Assembly (NCBI GenBank): GCA_964248365.1
Contig: CAXTYC010000001.1
Location: 288,001 to 352,000 of the forward strand
DNA length: 64,000 nucleotides
DNA from: an uncultured Chroococcidiopsis sp.
Lineage (GTDB): Bacteria; Cyanobacteriota; Cyanobacteriia; Cyanobacteriales; Chroococcidiopsidaceae
Direction: 5' to 3'
Each line of letters opens with the position of its first letter. Within the stretch, counting starts at the first letter, position 1. This document shows, piece by piece, positions 41,308-51,915 of the stretch. Below the pieces are notes generated by a model, which was given only the letters and a program-made list of their open reading frames with translations, ran no database searches and was not told where the DNA came from. Both the position numbers and the translations under genes were made by a program.

Positions 41308-42831
41308 ATGCTACTGACTGCTGAACTACTGCTGCAATACCAACGCTGTCGCCGCCGACTTTTTCTAGATACGCATGGGGATCTTAGTCAAAGAGATGCT
41401 CCAGGTGAATTGTTGCTGAAACTACAACAGGATAAGTTGGCTCATCGAAAAACAATACTCGAAAAGCAACTTTATCAACGACCGCAATATCCTAAAGGCG
41501 ACTGGGAAGCTGGGGCGATCGCTACCTGGGAATTAATGCAGCAAGGTGTAGACTGCATTTATAAAGGAGTACTATTAGCTCCTTACTCGGAAGAATTTAC
41601 TCTGCTTAGTAGTCCAGATTTACTAATTAAGCAACCAGGAAAGTCTTGCTTGGGAGATTGGATTTATGTTCCAGCTTCTATTGAGTTGGGTAAGCGTCCG
41701 AAGCTGGAATATCAAATCGTTGCAGCTTTTCACGCGCAGGTATTAGCAACCGTCTTGCAAGCAACCTTGGATATCGCTTGGTTACTGTTGCGGCGCAAAG
41801 AGGCTTACCAGGTGAGTTTAGCAAAATGGATGCCGCAGATGCAGCGATCGCTCTACGATTGTGTTCAAACTCTTACCTCCCAACAAGCACCAGAAGTATT
41901 CATTTCTCGTCAACGATGCAGTCTTTGCCGTTGGTTTAGTCATTGCTATAGCGTTGCTAAATCTCAACAACATCTGTCTTTGCTTCCAGGCATAACACCC
42001 AGCCGCTATCGGGAGTTACAAGCCTTGAATTTGGTAACAGTAGAATCCCTTGCTAATACTAATCCAACCCAATTAGAAAACTTACAAGGCTTCGACAACA
42101 TTGCACAACAACTAATACTGCAAGCTCAATCTGTAGTTGAAAATCGCCCCATTCTGATAGCAGGGGGAGTAGGGGAAGCCCAGGGAACCCAGGCAGCCCA
42201 GGGAGAAAAACCAACTACCAATTACCACACGCCTCTGGCCTCTCGCCTCTGGCCTCTCGCCTCTCCCATTGAACTTTACTTTGATATTGAGGCGCAGCCA
42301 GAGCTAAATCTAGACTATATGCTAGGAGTTTTGGTAGTCGATCGCCAGACAAATACAGAAACATTTCATTCCCTACTAGCAGAGAAACCAGAAGATGAAG
42401 CACTCATCTGGCAACAATTTCTAGAACTAGTGGCGCAATATCCCCAAGCACCAATTTTTCATTTTTTCTCCTACGAAGTCGATACGGTTAAACGCTTGGC
42501 TAAGCTTTACCAGACTCCGAAAGAAGTTATCTTACCAATACTTGAGCGATTTGTAGATGTGTATGAGCATATAACACAAACGGTAGCACTACCAATAGAA
42601 AGCTATGCACTCAAAGCGATCGCTCGTTGGTTAGGTTTTGAATGGCGCGATCCTGGGGCGAATGGTTCCCAATGCATTTATTGGTACGACAAGTGGTTAG
42701 AAACAGGCGATCGCACATTCCTCGACTCTATTCAACTTTACAACGAAGATGACTGCCGCGCTACACGCCATGTAAAAGACTGGCTTGAAAAATTTATTAT
42801 TCAAGATGAGTATCTTGCAGGAATCGCCTAG
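41308..42831 (+). CDS. TM0106 family RecB-like putative nuclease
   Basis: PDLL, CxxC, YFDIE, ESYALKAIA, YNEDDC. Confidence 0.9.
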   Translation: MLLTAELLLQYQRCRRRLFLDTHGDLSQRDAPGELLLKLQQDKLAHRKTILEKQLYQRPQYPKGDWEAGAIATWELMQQGVDCIYKGVLLAPYSEEFTLLSSPDLLIKQPGKSCLGDWIYVPASIELGKRPKLEYQIVAAFHAQVLATVLQATLDIAWLLLRRKEAYQVSLAKWMPQMQRSLYDCVQTLTSQQAPEVFISRQRCSLCRWFSHCYSVAKSQQHLSLLPGITPSRYRELQALNLVTVESLANTNPTQLENLQGFDNIAQQLILQAQSVVENRPILIAGGVGEAQGTQAAQGEKPTTNYHTPLASRLWPLASPIELYFDIEAQPELNLDYMLGVLVVDRQTNTETFHSLLAEKPEDEALIWQQFLELVAQYPQAPIFHFFSYEVDTVKRLAKLYQTPKEVILPILERFVDVYEHITQTVALPIESYALKAIARWLGFEWRDPGANGSQCIYWYDKWLETGDRTFLDSIQLYNEDDCRATRHVKDWLEKFIIQDEYLAGIA

Positions 42832-42855
42832 ACGTAAATAACCCAAGCAGTAATC

Positions 42856-43264
42856 GTGAATACAGATGAAATCTACCCGCGTAGGGTGTCTGTGCGGTGC
42901 AATACGTTACCTGCTACAGCTACCCCCATATAGCCCATTGTCATTGCCTTAGTTGCCGTAAAGCAAGTGGATCTGCATTTATTTCTTGGTTATCCTTAAG
43001 AGCAGCAGAATTTACCTTTACCAGTGGCAAACCTACCTATTTCGCCTGATCAGAAAAAGTACAACGCGGCTTGTCGTCACCAATGTGGAACAGCGCTTAC
43101 TTATCAAATACAGGGTACTGACGAGATAGACATAACAATATGCAGCCTGGATAATCCAGAAAGTGTTACACCTGAATTTCATATATGGGTGCAATACCAA
43201 TTGTCTTGGCGGGGGGCTTGCAGACAATCTACCATGCTATAAGCAGCACCGCATCGGGTTCTAG
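42856..43264 (+). pseudogene. GFA/CENP-V family protein, frameshifted
   Basis: GCLCGAIRY, AHCHCLSCRKASGSAF, C...CGT, LDNPE..PEFHIW motifs split across frames. Confidence 0.8.
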
Positions 43265-43380
43265 CTCCCTGGCTCCTTTTTACCCTACTCCCTCTCTTAC
43301 CTCGTTCTGAGCGGAGGAAACCTCCGCGCTTGTCTTCGCGCTACTCCCCCATCCCGAATCCCTCCTATGTACGTTTTTCC

Positions 43381-44514
43381 ATGAGCAACACCAGCGTTTT
43401 TGCCTTAGCTACTGTTTCCCTTTGGCTAGTGGCTAATACCACACTGACGACAGCACTAGCTACAGATGCCAAGAGCAAAGACATAGAATTTTTAGGTGAG
43501 GCAACTTTCCCTACAGGTACTCAATTCAAAGGAACTGAAGTAGGAGGACTATCGGGAATTACTTACGCTCAAAGCAAAAACGTTTATTACAGCATTTCTG
43601 ACGATCGCAGCAATAAAGCACCTGCTCGCTTTTATACGCTGAAAATTGATTTAAGCGGAGGTACTTTAAAAAAAGTTGATATTGTAAATGTGACTACTTT
43701 GTTGAAGGCAGATGGAAAGCCAGCTCCAGCCTTAAGCCTAGATCCAGAAGGAATTGCATTTAAAAGGAATGGTAGTTTATTTATCTCTTCTGAAGGTGAT
43801 ACTAATCGGTTGATTAAGCCTTTTGTCAATCAGTTTTCTTTAACTGGCAAGCAGATTAAGGTATTACCAATTCCTCGCAAGTTTTTACCAACAGCTAAAA
43901 AAAATAAGGGGATTCGTGATAACTTAGCATTTGAAAGCTTAACGATTACTCCCAATCAAAAATATTTATTTACAGCTACAGAAAATGCTTTGTATCAAGA
44001 TGGCAATGTTGCTACAATTACTAGTGGCAGTCCTGCTAGAATTTTGAAATATAATTTAATAACCGGAAAGCCAATACAGGAATTTTTATATTTTACTGCA
44101 CCAATTGCAGGCAGTCGAAAAACTGCCTTCTTGAGTAACAATGGTTTAGTCGATCTAGCAGCAATAGATAATATACACTTACTGAGTTTAGAGCGCTCTT
44201 TCTCTCCTATTAAAGGAAACACAATTAGGTTGTATGAGGTTTCTTTAGCCCACGCCGACGATATTAGTAAAAGAGAAAGTCTAAAGACTGTCAATATCAA
44301 CAAGATCAAACCAGCCCAGAAAAAGCTACTACTTGACTTCAATCAGCTAAAAATTCCTTTGGATAACATTGAAGGGCTAACTTTTGGGCAATGTTTACCA
44401 GATGGAAGGCGATCGCTAATCTTTGTCAGTGATAACAATTTTAGTTCAATCCAGTTTACACAAATATTAGCCTTTGCTATCAATAACAAAATAAGTCGTT
44501 GTGTGCCTGGGTAG
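43381..44514 (+). CDS. Esterase-like activity of phytase family secreted protein
   Basis: Signal peptide; GGLSGITY, ISDDRS, DPEGI, NLAFESLT, DNIEGL, VSDNNF. Confidence 0.88.
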   Translation: MSNTSVFALATVSLWLVANTTLTTALATDAKSKDIEFLGEATFPTGTQFKGTEVGGLSGITYAQSKNVYYSISDDRSNKAPARFYTLKIDLSGGTLKKVDIVNVTTLLKADGKPAPALSLDPEGIAFKRNGSLFISSEGDTNRLIKPFVNQFSLTGKQIKVLPIPRKFLPTAKKNKGIRDNLAFESLTITPNQKYLFTATENALYQDGNVATITSGSPARILKYNLITGKPIQEFLYFTAPIAGSRKTAFLSNNGLVDLAAIDNIHLLSLERSFSPIKGNTIRLYEVSLAHADDISKRESLKTVNINKIKPAQKKLLLDFNQLKIPLDNIEGLTFGQCLPDGRRSLIFVSDNNFSSIQFTQILAFAINNKISRCVPG

Positions 44515-44879
44515 TACCTATAACCATTGCCAATCCTAGTGTTCTAGTGGGGGCGATATCCTACACTTGCTCCCCTCATGCTTTGGCTAGGTTGAAATCC
44601 ACTACAACTTGGATAGTTGAACTGTGACTATAGCCAGTTAGCCACTAGCCAGATTAAGCTAGTCTACTATATCACAATGTCCCCTAAGGCAGTAAAAACA
44701 CTGTCACTATTCGACATTTTTCTTAAATAATTTTCACCCAGATCCTAAACATAGAGATATTGCTACTAATTTCTTCTTTAGTATCAGCAGGATCAGCAGT
44801 AGTAATTGTAGTAATGATATATCAGATTCAAAAAAGCCTAAATTTTAGTAAAACCTAGTAGGAAAAAGTGCTGAGGTTT

Positions 44880-45113
44880 ATGGAAGCTGCTAATGAAATT
44901 AGTAAGGAAATAAGGCATATAGCCTTTGAAGAGAGTAAACAACAAATTCAATATGCCACCAGTACCAATCAACAGTTGGACAATTTAATGCAAGAAGCTG
45001 ACAAGATTAAGAGTTGTTTAAATGAGTCGCTACAAGCTAACAATAGAGCAAATGATAAACTCTACAGCCTTGTATCTATAAAGTTAGTTCACAGCCCGTC
45101 TTGGTTGAATTAG
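44880..45113 (+). CDS. Small hypothetical coiled-coil protein
   Basis: Helical ORF with GAGG just upstream of ATG; no recognised family. Confidence 0.4.
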   Translation: MEAANEISKEIRHIAFEESKQQIQYATSTNQQLDNLMQEADKIKSCLNESLQANNRANDKLYSLVSIKLVHSPSWLN

Positions 45114-45821
45114 GCTATCAAAGTGATGTATCGATTGCTGAAAACCTTTGTAAGTATACTGTGTACCCCACAAGTATCAATGTCAGAACCAAATGATACT
45201 AAAGGCGAAAACTATAAAAAGTAAGGGTTTGAGAGGTTGAGTAGTATTAGGGTATGAAGCGGGTATTTTTTCCTTTTGAGTAGCGAAGTCTTAAGTTAAA
45301 GCTTTAGTACCTGCTTACACATCCATGCTTTAGCATAATCACTTTCAAAATTAGCATGGATTAGAGTACCTTAGTAAGGTAGCTTAAGGAATGTTACCAA
45401 GATACTTAAGCGATTGCAACTGACTAGTGGAATATTAACTTTTGTTTACCTAGCTGATGTACTAATTTATCGGTTTACGGCAATATCTCCATCTGCAAAA
45501 TTAAAATACTATTTAGATGTTAAGCTACCGCTGAAATTACGTAATTATTTATACATATATTTTTACGTAATCTACGTCTTTAGGTGGATAAGAATGAATT
45601 ATAAGCAAAACCGTCAGTAGATACACTAGACTTATTTGTTCGCTATACCTGTAAGTGTAATGCTTGAAGTCTTCGCCATTTGAGGAGACACCAACAGTAT
45701 TGTCTAGCTATAACTCTATTAGAATATCCAATTGCTAATTTTTCAGGCAAGGGGCAAGTGAGCAAAATTGCGATGAGCAAATTTTAGTGTGTAGTTACAG
45801 TAGCAGCAACAGGTGAAAAAT

Positions 45822-46181
45822 ATGTATGTTGATTTGAACCAGGGTACAGCACAAAACAAAATTCTGCATGAAATAAAGTTAAGTGAAAACATAGATAAAG
45901 CAAAACCGGAGGGATTAAATACAACCGATTTTTTAATGCTGTTAGGTCCTTTTAGCTTTATCATGGGTTGGGCAGTTCTGTTTGTTATGCTGTCCAAAAT
46001 TGGCAGGGCTGCAAGAGACGAAATCTTTGTTAGTATCAAGCATTTACATCAGATTCCCTGTAGGAACTGTCGCTTTTTTTGCAACAATCCTTATCTCAAG
46101 TGTGCGATAAACCCTTCAATTGTTTTAACTGAACAAGCGCTTGATTGCTCTGACTACGCGCCTTGTGAGAGCAATCACTAA
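45822..46181 (+). CDS. Small cyanobacterial membrane protein with Cys cluster
   Basis: One TM helix followed by IPCRNCRFF...LKCAINPS...DCSDY. Confidence 0.7.
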   Translation: MYVDLNQGTAQNKILHEIKLSENIDKAKPEGLNTTDFLMLLGPFSFIMGWAVLFVMLSKIGRAARDEIFVSIKHLHQIPCRNCRFFCNNPYLKCAINPSIVLTEQALDCSDYAPCESNH

Positions 46182-46360
46182 AGTATGCTTAATATTCTAC
46201 GTTGTAGAACGTTCTCACATCTGGCGCTCAATTAGGTAGCATTTAAGGGTCATGATAGAGAGACAGAACTTAGCTTTTTTGTCCTCAGTATGACCCTGAT
46301 TTACTTTAAGTCAATGTATCTGTAGGTATAACTTAGATGTCTTTTAGCTTAAGAGGGAGA

Positions 46361-46717
46361 TTAATAAGCACAAAACTCTATGGTGCTGTCTGGCACACTT
46401 GACTCAACATAGATATAATAGTTGCCTGATTTAGGTAAATAATAGTTTATTTGGTCTGAGTCTACTTTTTCTCCTCTAACTACACCTACTGAACCTCTAA
46501 CATAAATATCATATTGGGTTCCACCACCTACATTTTTACTTGTCATTTGTCCTTTAGCAAGCTTAAGAACGAATTCTTTCCCTCCCGAAAAATTGCCTGA
46601 ATACACACCACAATAGCTACCTTTAGCAAATTGAATTTTTGTAGCTGCAACAGCAGGATTAATATTTACTATTCCGGCTAATAAAATTATACTTCCTAAA
46701 ATTTTCGTCGGCTTCAT
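46361..46717 (-). CDS. Secreted hypothetical protein (small beta-sandwich-like)
   Basis: Signal peptide ending AVA; LPKSGNYYIYV. Confidence 0.65.
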   Translation of the reverse strand: MKPTKILGSIILLAGIVNINPAVAATKIQFAKGSYCGVYSGNFSGGKEFVLKLAKGQMTSKNVGGGTQYDIYVRGSVGVVRGEKVDSDQINYYLPKSGNYYIYVESSVPDSTIEFCAY

Positions 46718-46935
46718 TGTGTAATTGTATTTTCCATGTAATTTTAGATTAATCTAACTTTTTGTTCCCACCTAAGGGGCTTTCACTGATAAAATTTATG
46801 TTTGTGTTGCAACGTGCTTCTGTGAATTCACTGAAAATTTAAATAATTCAGTAAGCTACAAGATTGGAATAAAGAAATTTTGGTGCGTTAGCCAAAGCGT
46901 AACGCACTATATAGAATTGATTTAGACATATTAAG

Positions 46936-46988
46936 TATGTCACCCATGCCCACCAAGTTTGATAATGGTGGTGGGCATGGGTGGCATA
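46936..46988. repeat. Back-to-back pair of family-2 repeat arms
   Basis: TATGTCACCCATGCCCACCA (46936-46955) and TGGTGGGCATGGGTGGCATA (46969-46988). Confidence 0.8.
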
Positions 46989-47155
46989 CAAATAATGTAA
47001 ATGAAGCTCTTACTTTTTTGGAAATGCTGAGTAAGACGATATATAAACTTGCTTTCTTGAAGTTTGTAGAATCATAGCTAATTCCTCCTTTTGCTAGACG
47101 AGCAGCAGGGTACATAAGTAACAAAATGTATATTGGCACTATTAGGATTGAAATT

Positions 47156-47548
47156 ATGCATGAAGTATCACAAGAGCATATAAAGTTAGCAGAGGAACAC
47201 GCTATCCGCTCAAAGCAACAGGCGGAATCAACCCAAAAGTGTGGAAAGATTTTACAAGCTATGGGAGGGAAATACAGTGAGCATGGAAAGTTAGTAGAAG
47301 AATATGGTAAGGCTGCTCAAAAGCACGCCCAGGCTTCACTGGAACACGCCAAAGCCGCACAAGAGCAAGATGCACACTCAACAGAGGAATTTTTGCAAGC
47401 TTCACAGGAACACGTAAAGCACACACAGATACTAATGATGGCATCCAAGGAGTGTAGTAAGATAGCTAAGGAGCGAATAAACGAAAATAAGAAATTCTTG
47501 AGCAAAGAACGAGTATCTAATTCAGAATCAAAGCAGAATGTGGATTAG
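47156..47548 (+). CDS. His/Ala/Glu-rich helical hypothetical protein
   Basis: AGGA SD before ATG at 47156; recurring EH/KH with heptad-like spacing. Confidence 0.65.
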   Translation: MHEVSQEHIKLAEEHAIRSKQQAESTQKCGKILQAMGGKYSEHGKLVEEYGKAAQKHAQASLEHAKAAQEQDAHSTEEFLQASQEHVKHTQILMMASKECSKIAKERINENKKFLSKERVSNSESKQNVD

Positions 47549-47643
47549 CAAGGAAGGGCAAGTTTAACAAACATTTCTATGAGAAAATAGAGATTTAGAA
47601 AAACTTGCCCCTATAGAAAACCTAACCTTACAGATTAAACTAT

Positions 47644-49041
47644 TTATAATCCCATTACTGCCCGATAGTGGGTTTCAATTTCTGCAACTGTTTTCGATTT
47701 GCGGTGGGTACTCCACTGGCTATGGTTAAATAGTTCTTGACGCAAATTATCTACATTGATGGTTGTAATTTTGCCATCGGTAATAATTTGTTTGCCATTT
47801 ACCCAAGCACTATTTACTACTTGGGTTGGACGACCAAGAATTAGTAAACCAATTGGATCTGTGCGTGGTAAAAGTGATAAACTGGTAAAATCATAAAGAA
47901 CTAAATCTGCTTTTTTACCTACTGTTAAGGAACCAAGTTGTTCTGCTAAATTGAGTCCTTTTGCACCACCTAAAGATGCCATTTCTACCGCCTGACCAGG
48001 TGTGATCCAGTGGCGATAATCAAACTCGGTGATGTTGTGTAAAATTGAGCCAATTTTTATTGCTTCTAGTAAGTCTTGGGAGTCGTTGCTGGAAGCACCA
48101 TCACAGCCAAAAGTGACGTTAACTCCGGCTTGGTGATATTTTAATATAGGGGCAATGCCACTGCCTAAACGTAGGTTACTTAGAGGATTGTGAACGACTG
48201 TGGATTGGGTTTGGGCTAAAATGGCAATATCTGCATCGTCCAGCCAGACACAATGAGCTAAGGAAGTACGATCGCTCAGATATCCAATTTGCTTTAGATG
48301 CTCAACTGCACTACAACCATACTTTTCTTGGGCAAGTTTTTGTTGGGCTTTCGTTTCGAGTAAGTGGGAGTGGCGACAAAGATTGTAGCGATCGCTTAAT
48401 TCGCTACATCCCTCAAATAGTGCGTCTGAACACAGTTGAATTCCGGTTGGAGCAACTAATATACTTATGCCTTCTTCTGGGCGATGGAACTGACAAACCG
48501 CTTGTTCTATGAGTTCCAATGTTGGCTTTGTTGAGCGAAAATAAGGTTCATGATTCAAGTCTAATTCACCTGTAGGCATTCCAGCATTAAGGGATTGATC
48601 TTGAATCAGTGGGGCGATAAAAGCACGAATTCCTACTTCTTTGTAAGCACGTACAGCAGCGGCGATCGTTTCTATTTCCTTTTCTGGAATTAAAACTAAG
48701 TGATCGACAACACTCGTTCCCCCAGAAAGTAGAGTTTCTACTGCTGTACCCAACGCACTAAGATAAATTTGCTCTGGATTGAGAGGAGCAAAGTCATATA
48801 ATTCGGCTATCCATAATTCTAGAGGAACTGGTGGAATTATCCCTCGTTGCCACATTTCGGAAGAATGGGTATGAGCATTGAAGAAACCAGGTAGGAGTAA
48901 TTTGTTTTCCCCATTAATTACTACCCCGCTAGCTGGTAACTGGGTTGCAATCGCAGCGATGCGATCGCCTTCTATTTGCACATCTACGGTATCATAACCG
49001 TTATCAATAGGAATTAATACTTTTTGAATCGTAAAGCTCAT
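47644..49041 (-). CDS. Metal-dependent amidohydrolase (AtzA/TrzA/cytosine deaminase superfamily)
   Basis: PGFFNAHTH, HSHLLE, AHCVWL, NPLSN, GCDG, GKKADLV. Confidence 0.9.
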   Translation of the reverse strand: MSFTIQKVLIPIDNGYDTVDVQIEGDRIAAIATQLPASGVVINGENKLLLPGFFNAHTHSSEMWQRGIIPPVPLELWIAELYDFAPLNPEQIYLSALGTAVETLLSGGTSVVDHLVLIPEKEIETIAAAVRAYKEVGIRAFIAPLIQDQSLNAGMPTGELDLNHEPYFRSTKPTLELIEQAVCQFHRPEEGISILVAPTGIQLCSDALFEGCSELSDRYNLCRHSHLLETKAQQKLAQEKYGCSAVEHLKQIGYLSDRTSLAHCVWLDDADIAILAQTQSTVVHNPLSNLRLGSGIAPILKYHQAGVNVTFGCDGASSNDSQDLLEAIKIGSILHNITEFDYRHWITPGQAVEMASLGGAKGLNLAEQLGSLTVGKKADLVLYDFTSLSLLPRTDPIGLLILGRPTQVVNSAWVNGKQIITDGKITTINVDNLRQELFNHSQWSTHRKSKTVAEIETHYRAVMGL

Positions 49042-49123
49042 AAATATATCCTTTTATCAAGTGTGAGATTTATGCTGCAAAAAATGTGGCTACCATACCG
49101 CTATGCCCCTACTTATTATTAAA

Positions 49124-49909
49124 ATGCACCAATTTATGAGAATATTGGGAATACCGCCGAATGCTTGGACAGTGGATGAAGCGATCGCTGATATTACTCG
49201 TCCTCCTCTAGAATCACAAATAATTACTCTAGCAACCGAAACTAAGACTTTGCGCTTAGATTTGGCAAAATCTGCCATCTTGGTGATTGATATGCAAAAC
49301 GACTTTTGTCACCCAGATGGCTGGCTGGCGCATATTGGTGTAGACATCACCTGCGCCAGAACTCCCATTTATCCCCTCAAAACACTGCTACCAACACTAC
49401 GACAGGTTGGTGTGCCAGTAATTTGGCTCTCTTGGGGTAATCGTCCCGATTTAATGAATATTAGCGCTGGTGTACATCACGTTTATAATCCTACAGGCTT
49501 AGGTGTGGGAGTTGGCGATCCTCTACCCAGCAATGGTGCTAAAGTGCTAATGGCAGGAAGTTGGGCTGCTGCTGTTGTGGAAGAATTAGAACAATTGCCG
49601 CAAGATATCTGTGTAGATAAATATCGGATGAGTGGATTTTGGGATACTCCCCTAGATAGTATCTTGCGTAATCTGGGAAAAACTACTCTGTTCTTTGCTG
49701 GTGTTAATGCCGATCAATGTGTGATGGCAACATTGCAAGATGCAAATTTTTTAGGATATGACTGTATGTTAGTGAAAGACTGCACTGCTACGACTTCCCC
49801 CCAGTATTGCTGGCAAGCAACTTTATATAATGTTAAACAGTGCTTTGGTTTTGTTACCGATTCTCAAGCTATTTTGGAAGCAATTAACACCCCAAGCGCC
49901 ATTGAATAA
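49124..49909 (+). CDS. Isochorismatase-family cysteine hydrolase
   Basis: IDMQNDF (Asp), VDKYR (Lys), NADQCV (Cys) triad; start 49124 or 49103. Confidence 0.9.
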   Translation: MHQFMRILGIPPNAWTVDEAIADITRPPLESQIITLATETKTLRLDLAKSAILVIDMQNDFCHPDGWLAHIGVDITCARTPIYPLKTLLPTLRQVGVPVIWLSWGNRPDLMNISAGVHHVYNPTGLGVGVGDPLPSNGAKVLMAGSWAAAVVEELEQLPQDICVDKYRMSGFWDTPLDSILRNLGKTTLFFAGVNADQCVMATLQDANFLGYDCMLVKDCTATTSPQYCWQATLYNVKQCFGFVTDSQAILEAINTPSAIE

Positions 49910-50020
49910 ATTCAATGGCTAATAGCAGCAAGTCAGCTGAAGCTGACTAACTAGAGGTTCACTTTTATCCAGTCCGTTTTAACGGACTTTAACTATTAGC
50001 TTTGAACTCCCTTTCAAAGC
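49896..50020. repeat. Inverted REP doublet (family 1)
   Basis: GCCATTGAATAAATTCAATGGCTAA, hairpins 49931-49948 and 49971-49988, TTAGCTTTGAA...TTCAAAGC; contains the stop codon of the upstream gene. Confidence 0.8.
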
Positions 50021-50054
50021 ATTCCCCAACACCCAACAAATAGCAGGATGCACT

Positions 50055-50510
50055 ATGGACGCTTCTCGTTGTGTAATTGCCGTTGCCAAGTCTCCTCAAG
50101 ACTACCAAGCTTTTCGCATCAGTCCAAGTGCTACAAATAGATTAGCGATCGTATTTGATTCGGCAACTGCTAATATCTCTCTGACGGTTTGTGTAGAAAT
50201 TTTTGATGTGGGTGGGAAAACTCCCCCTAATCGTCATCAGTTCGCAGTAGAGATGTTTTTCATCCTCAAAGGAGAAGGAAGAGCAACTTGTGATGGTAAA
50301 ACTGTATCAATTGGGGCTGGAGACAGCATTTTAGTGCCTCCTACCGGAATTCATGAGATTGAAAACACAGGTTCGAGTCGTCTATATGCTTTGTGTATTA
50401 TGGTTCCGAATGAACATTTTGCCGAGTTGATTCGTAGCGGCACACCAGTCGAATTGGATGAAGAAGATATAGCCGTATTGCGTCGCTTACCTACACCTGT
50501 TTCATGTTAG
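50055..50510 (+). CDS. Cupin domain protein
   Basis: PPNRH...EMFFILKGEG; GDSILVPPTGIHEIEN. Confidence 0.88.
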   Translation: MDASRCVIAVAKSPQDYQAFRISPSATNRLAIVFDSATANISLTVCVEIFDVGGKTPPNRHQFAVEMFFILKGEGRATCDGKTVSIGAGDSILVPPTGIHEIENTGSSRLYALCIMVPNEHFAELIRSGTPVELDEEDIAVLRRLPTPVSC

Positions 50511-50817
50511 GCAAGAGTAGGTGCTGTTGATTATGGTTTAGAAGTTTCAACAGACCGGTTGACAGTGGTGTAGTTCAATCAGTTTGTTAAAGGGTTGGAT
50601 ACTGATTTGCTTGATGAACCACTAGTTTGCCTATTTGAAATGAGAGTCTATAGGACGCACACTATTTCCATTATAAATATATCAAACCAGAAATCTGATT
50701 TTTTGTCAAGTATCTGGGCAAGTTGAATTGCTGAGCTACGTTAATTTTTGTCTGCTGTTGTGGGAACACTGATATTAAGGTGGGCAAGGGTGGCAAACGT
50801 TATTTGGCTGCATTTAT

Positions 50818-51339
50818 ATGAATCCTAAGTTTACCCCGCTAGATTGTGATGATGATGTCGTACTCTTGGCAACAGATACTTTTAAAGTCAGTAGATTAAA
50901 GGAGTTGTATGAGCAAGGAATTAAAGATAAATTAAATAGCCATTTTTATAAATCCAATGATTTTTTTAGTGAAAGCGAATCTGTCTACAGCTTTTTTAGT
51001 AACATCTCGCTTGGCGCTGAAAGTATTAGCTTCAGTGAAATTCAATTTAACTCAATTAAAGATTGTCAGCTTCTCAAAATTGGCGGTAAAGCCTGGTAGA
51101 AAGGAAAGCTTAAAATTCAGATATGCGTATCACCTAATAGAAAAAACCCAGATAAAATCTGTCTAGAATTTTGTCCTGATGAACCGATTGAGCAGGAATC
51201 ACCTTTAGATGACCTGCGTAAGCTAGTAGAAAAGTTTGCCACCCATGCCCACCACATAATTAGGAAATACACCCACCAAAAAGCTAGTAGAAAAGTTTGC
51301 CACCCATGCCCACCAAAAACCATGTTCAAAAACAAGTAA
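50818..51339 (+). pseudogene. KGK-domain protein with in-frame TAG (51097-51099) and a repeat-derived 3' end
   Basis: ...GGKAW*KGKLKI...LEFCPDEP...ESPLDDLR; frame ends at TAA 51337-51339. Confidence 0.8.
51220..51315 (+). repeat. Direct repeat AAGCTAGTAGAAAAGTTTGCCACCCATGCCCACCA x2 (family-2 arms)
   Basis: 51220-51254 and 51281-51315. Confidence 0.9.
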
Positions 51340-51915
51340 ATGTCTGAATATCGTCGCGTGTATGTGCCAGGTGGAACTTTCTTTATCACCTTGGTAACTT
51401 ACCAACGTAAACCTTTATTCTCAAATCTAGAAAATATCTCAAAATTACGCTGTGCTGTAGCAACTGTTCGCTTCCAAATACCTTTTGAGATAATAGGTGC
51501 AGTCCTATTACCGGATCATATTCATTTCTTATGGACTTTACCTGCTGACGATCAAGCTTATTCCAAGCGAGTCGGACGGTTAAAGGTTTTATTTACACAA
51601 TCCTTGCGTGGCAAAGGGGCATTACTTCAAAATATATCACGTTCAAGATCCAAGCACCGTGAAAGTGATGTTTGGCAGCGTCGGTTTTGGGGACATACTA
51701 TTCGTAATGAGGCTGATTTTGAAAGGCATTTAGATTATATTCATTACAATCCGGTTAGGCATGGTTTTGTTTCATGTCCTCATCTGTGGGAGTATTCGAG
51801 TTTTGATAGGTGGGTGCAAAAAGGTATGTATAAAAATGATTGGTGCTGCAAATGTTTTGGTAAGGAATTGCTAGTACCTGAGTTTATAGGAATAGCGGAG
51901 AAAGTTGGGGAATGA
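51340..51915 (+). mobile_element. rayT: REP-associated tyrosine transposase (RAYT / TnpA-REP)
   Basis: YRRVYVPGGTFFITLVT, LPDHIH (HUH), VWQRRFW, DYIHYNPV; 23-bp inverted repeat 51239-51261 / 51940-51962. Confidence 0.9.
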
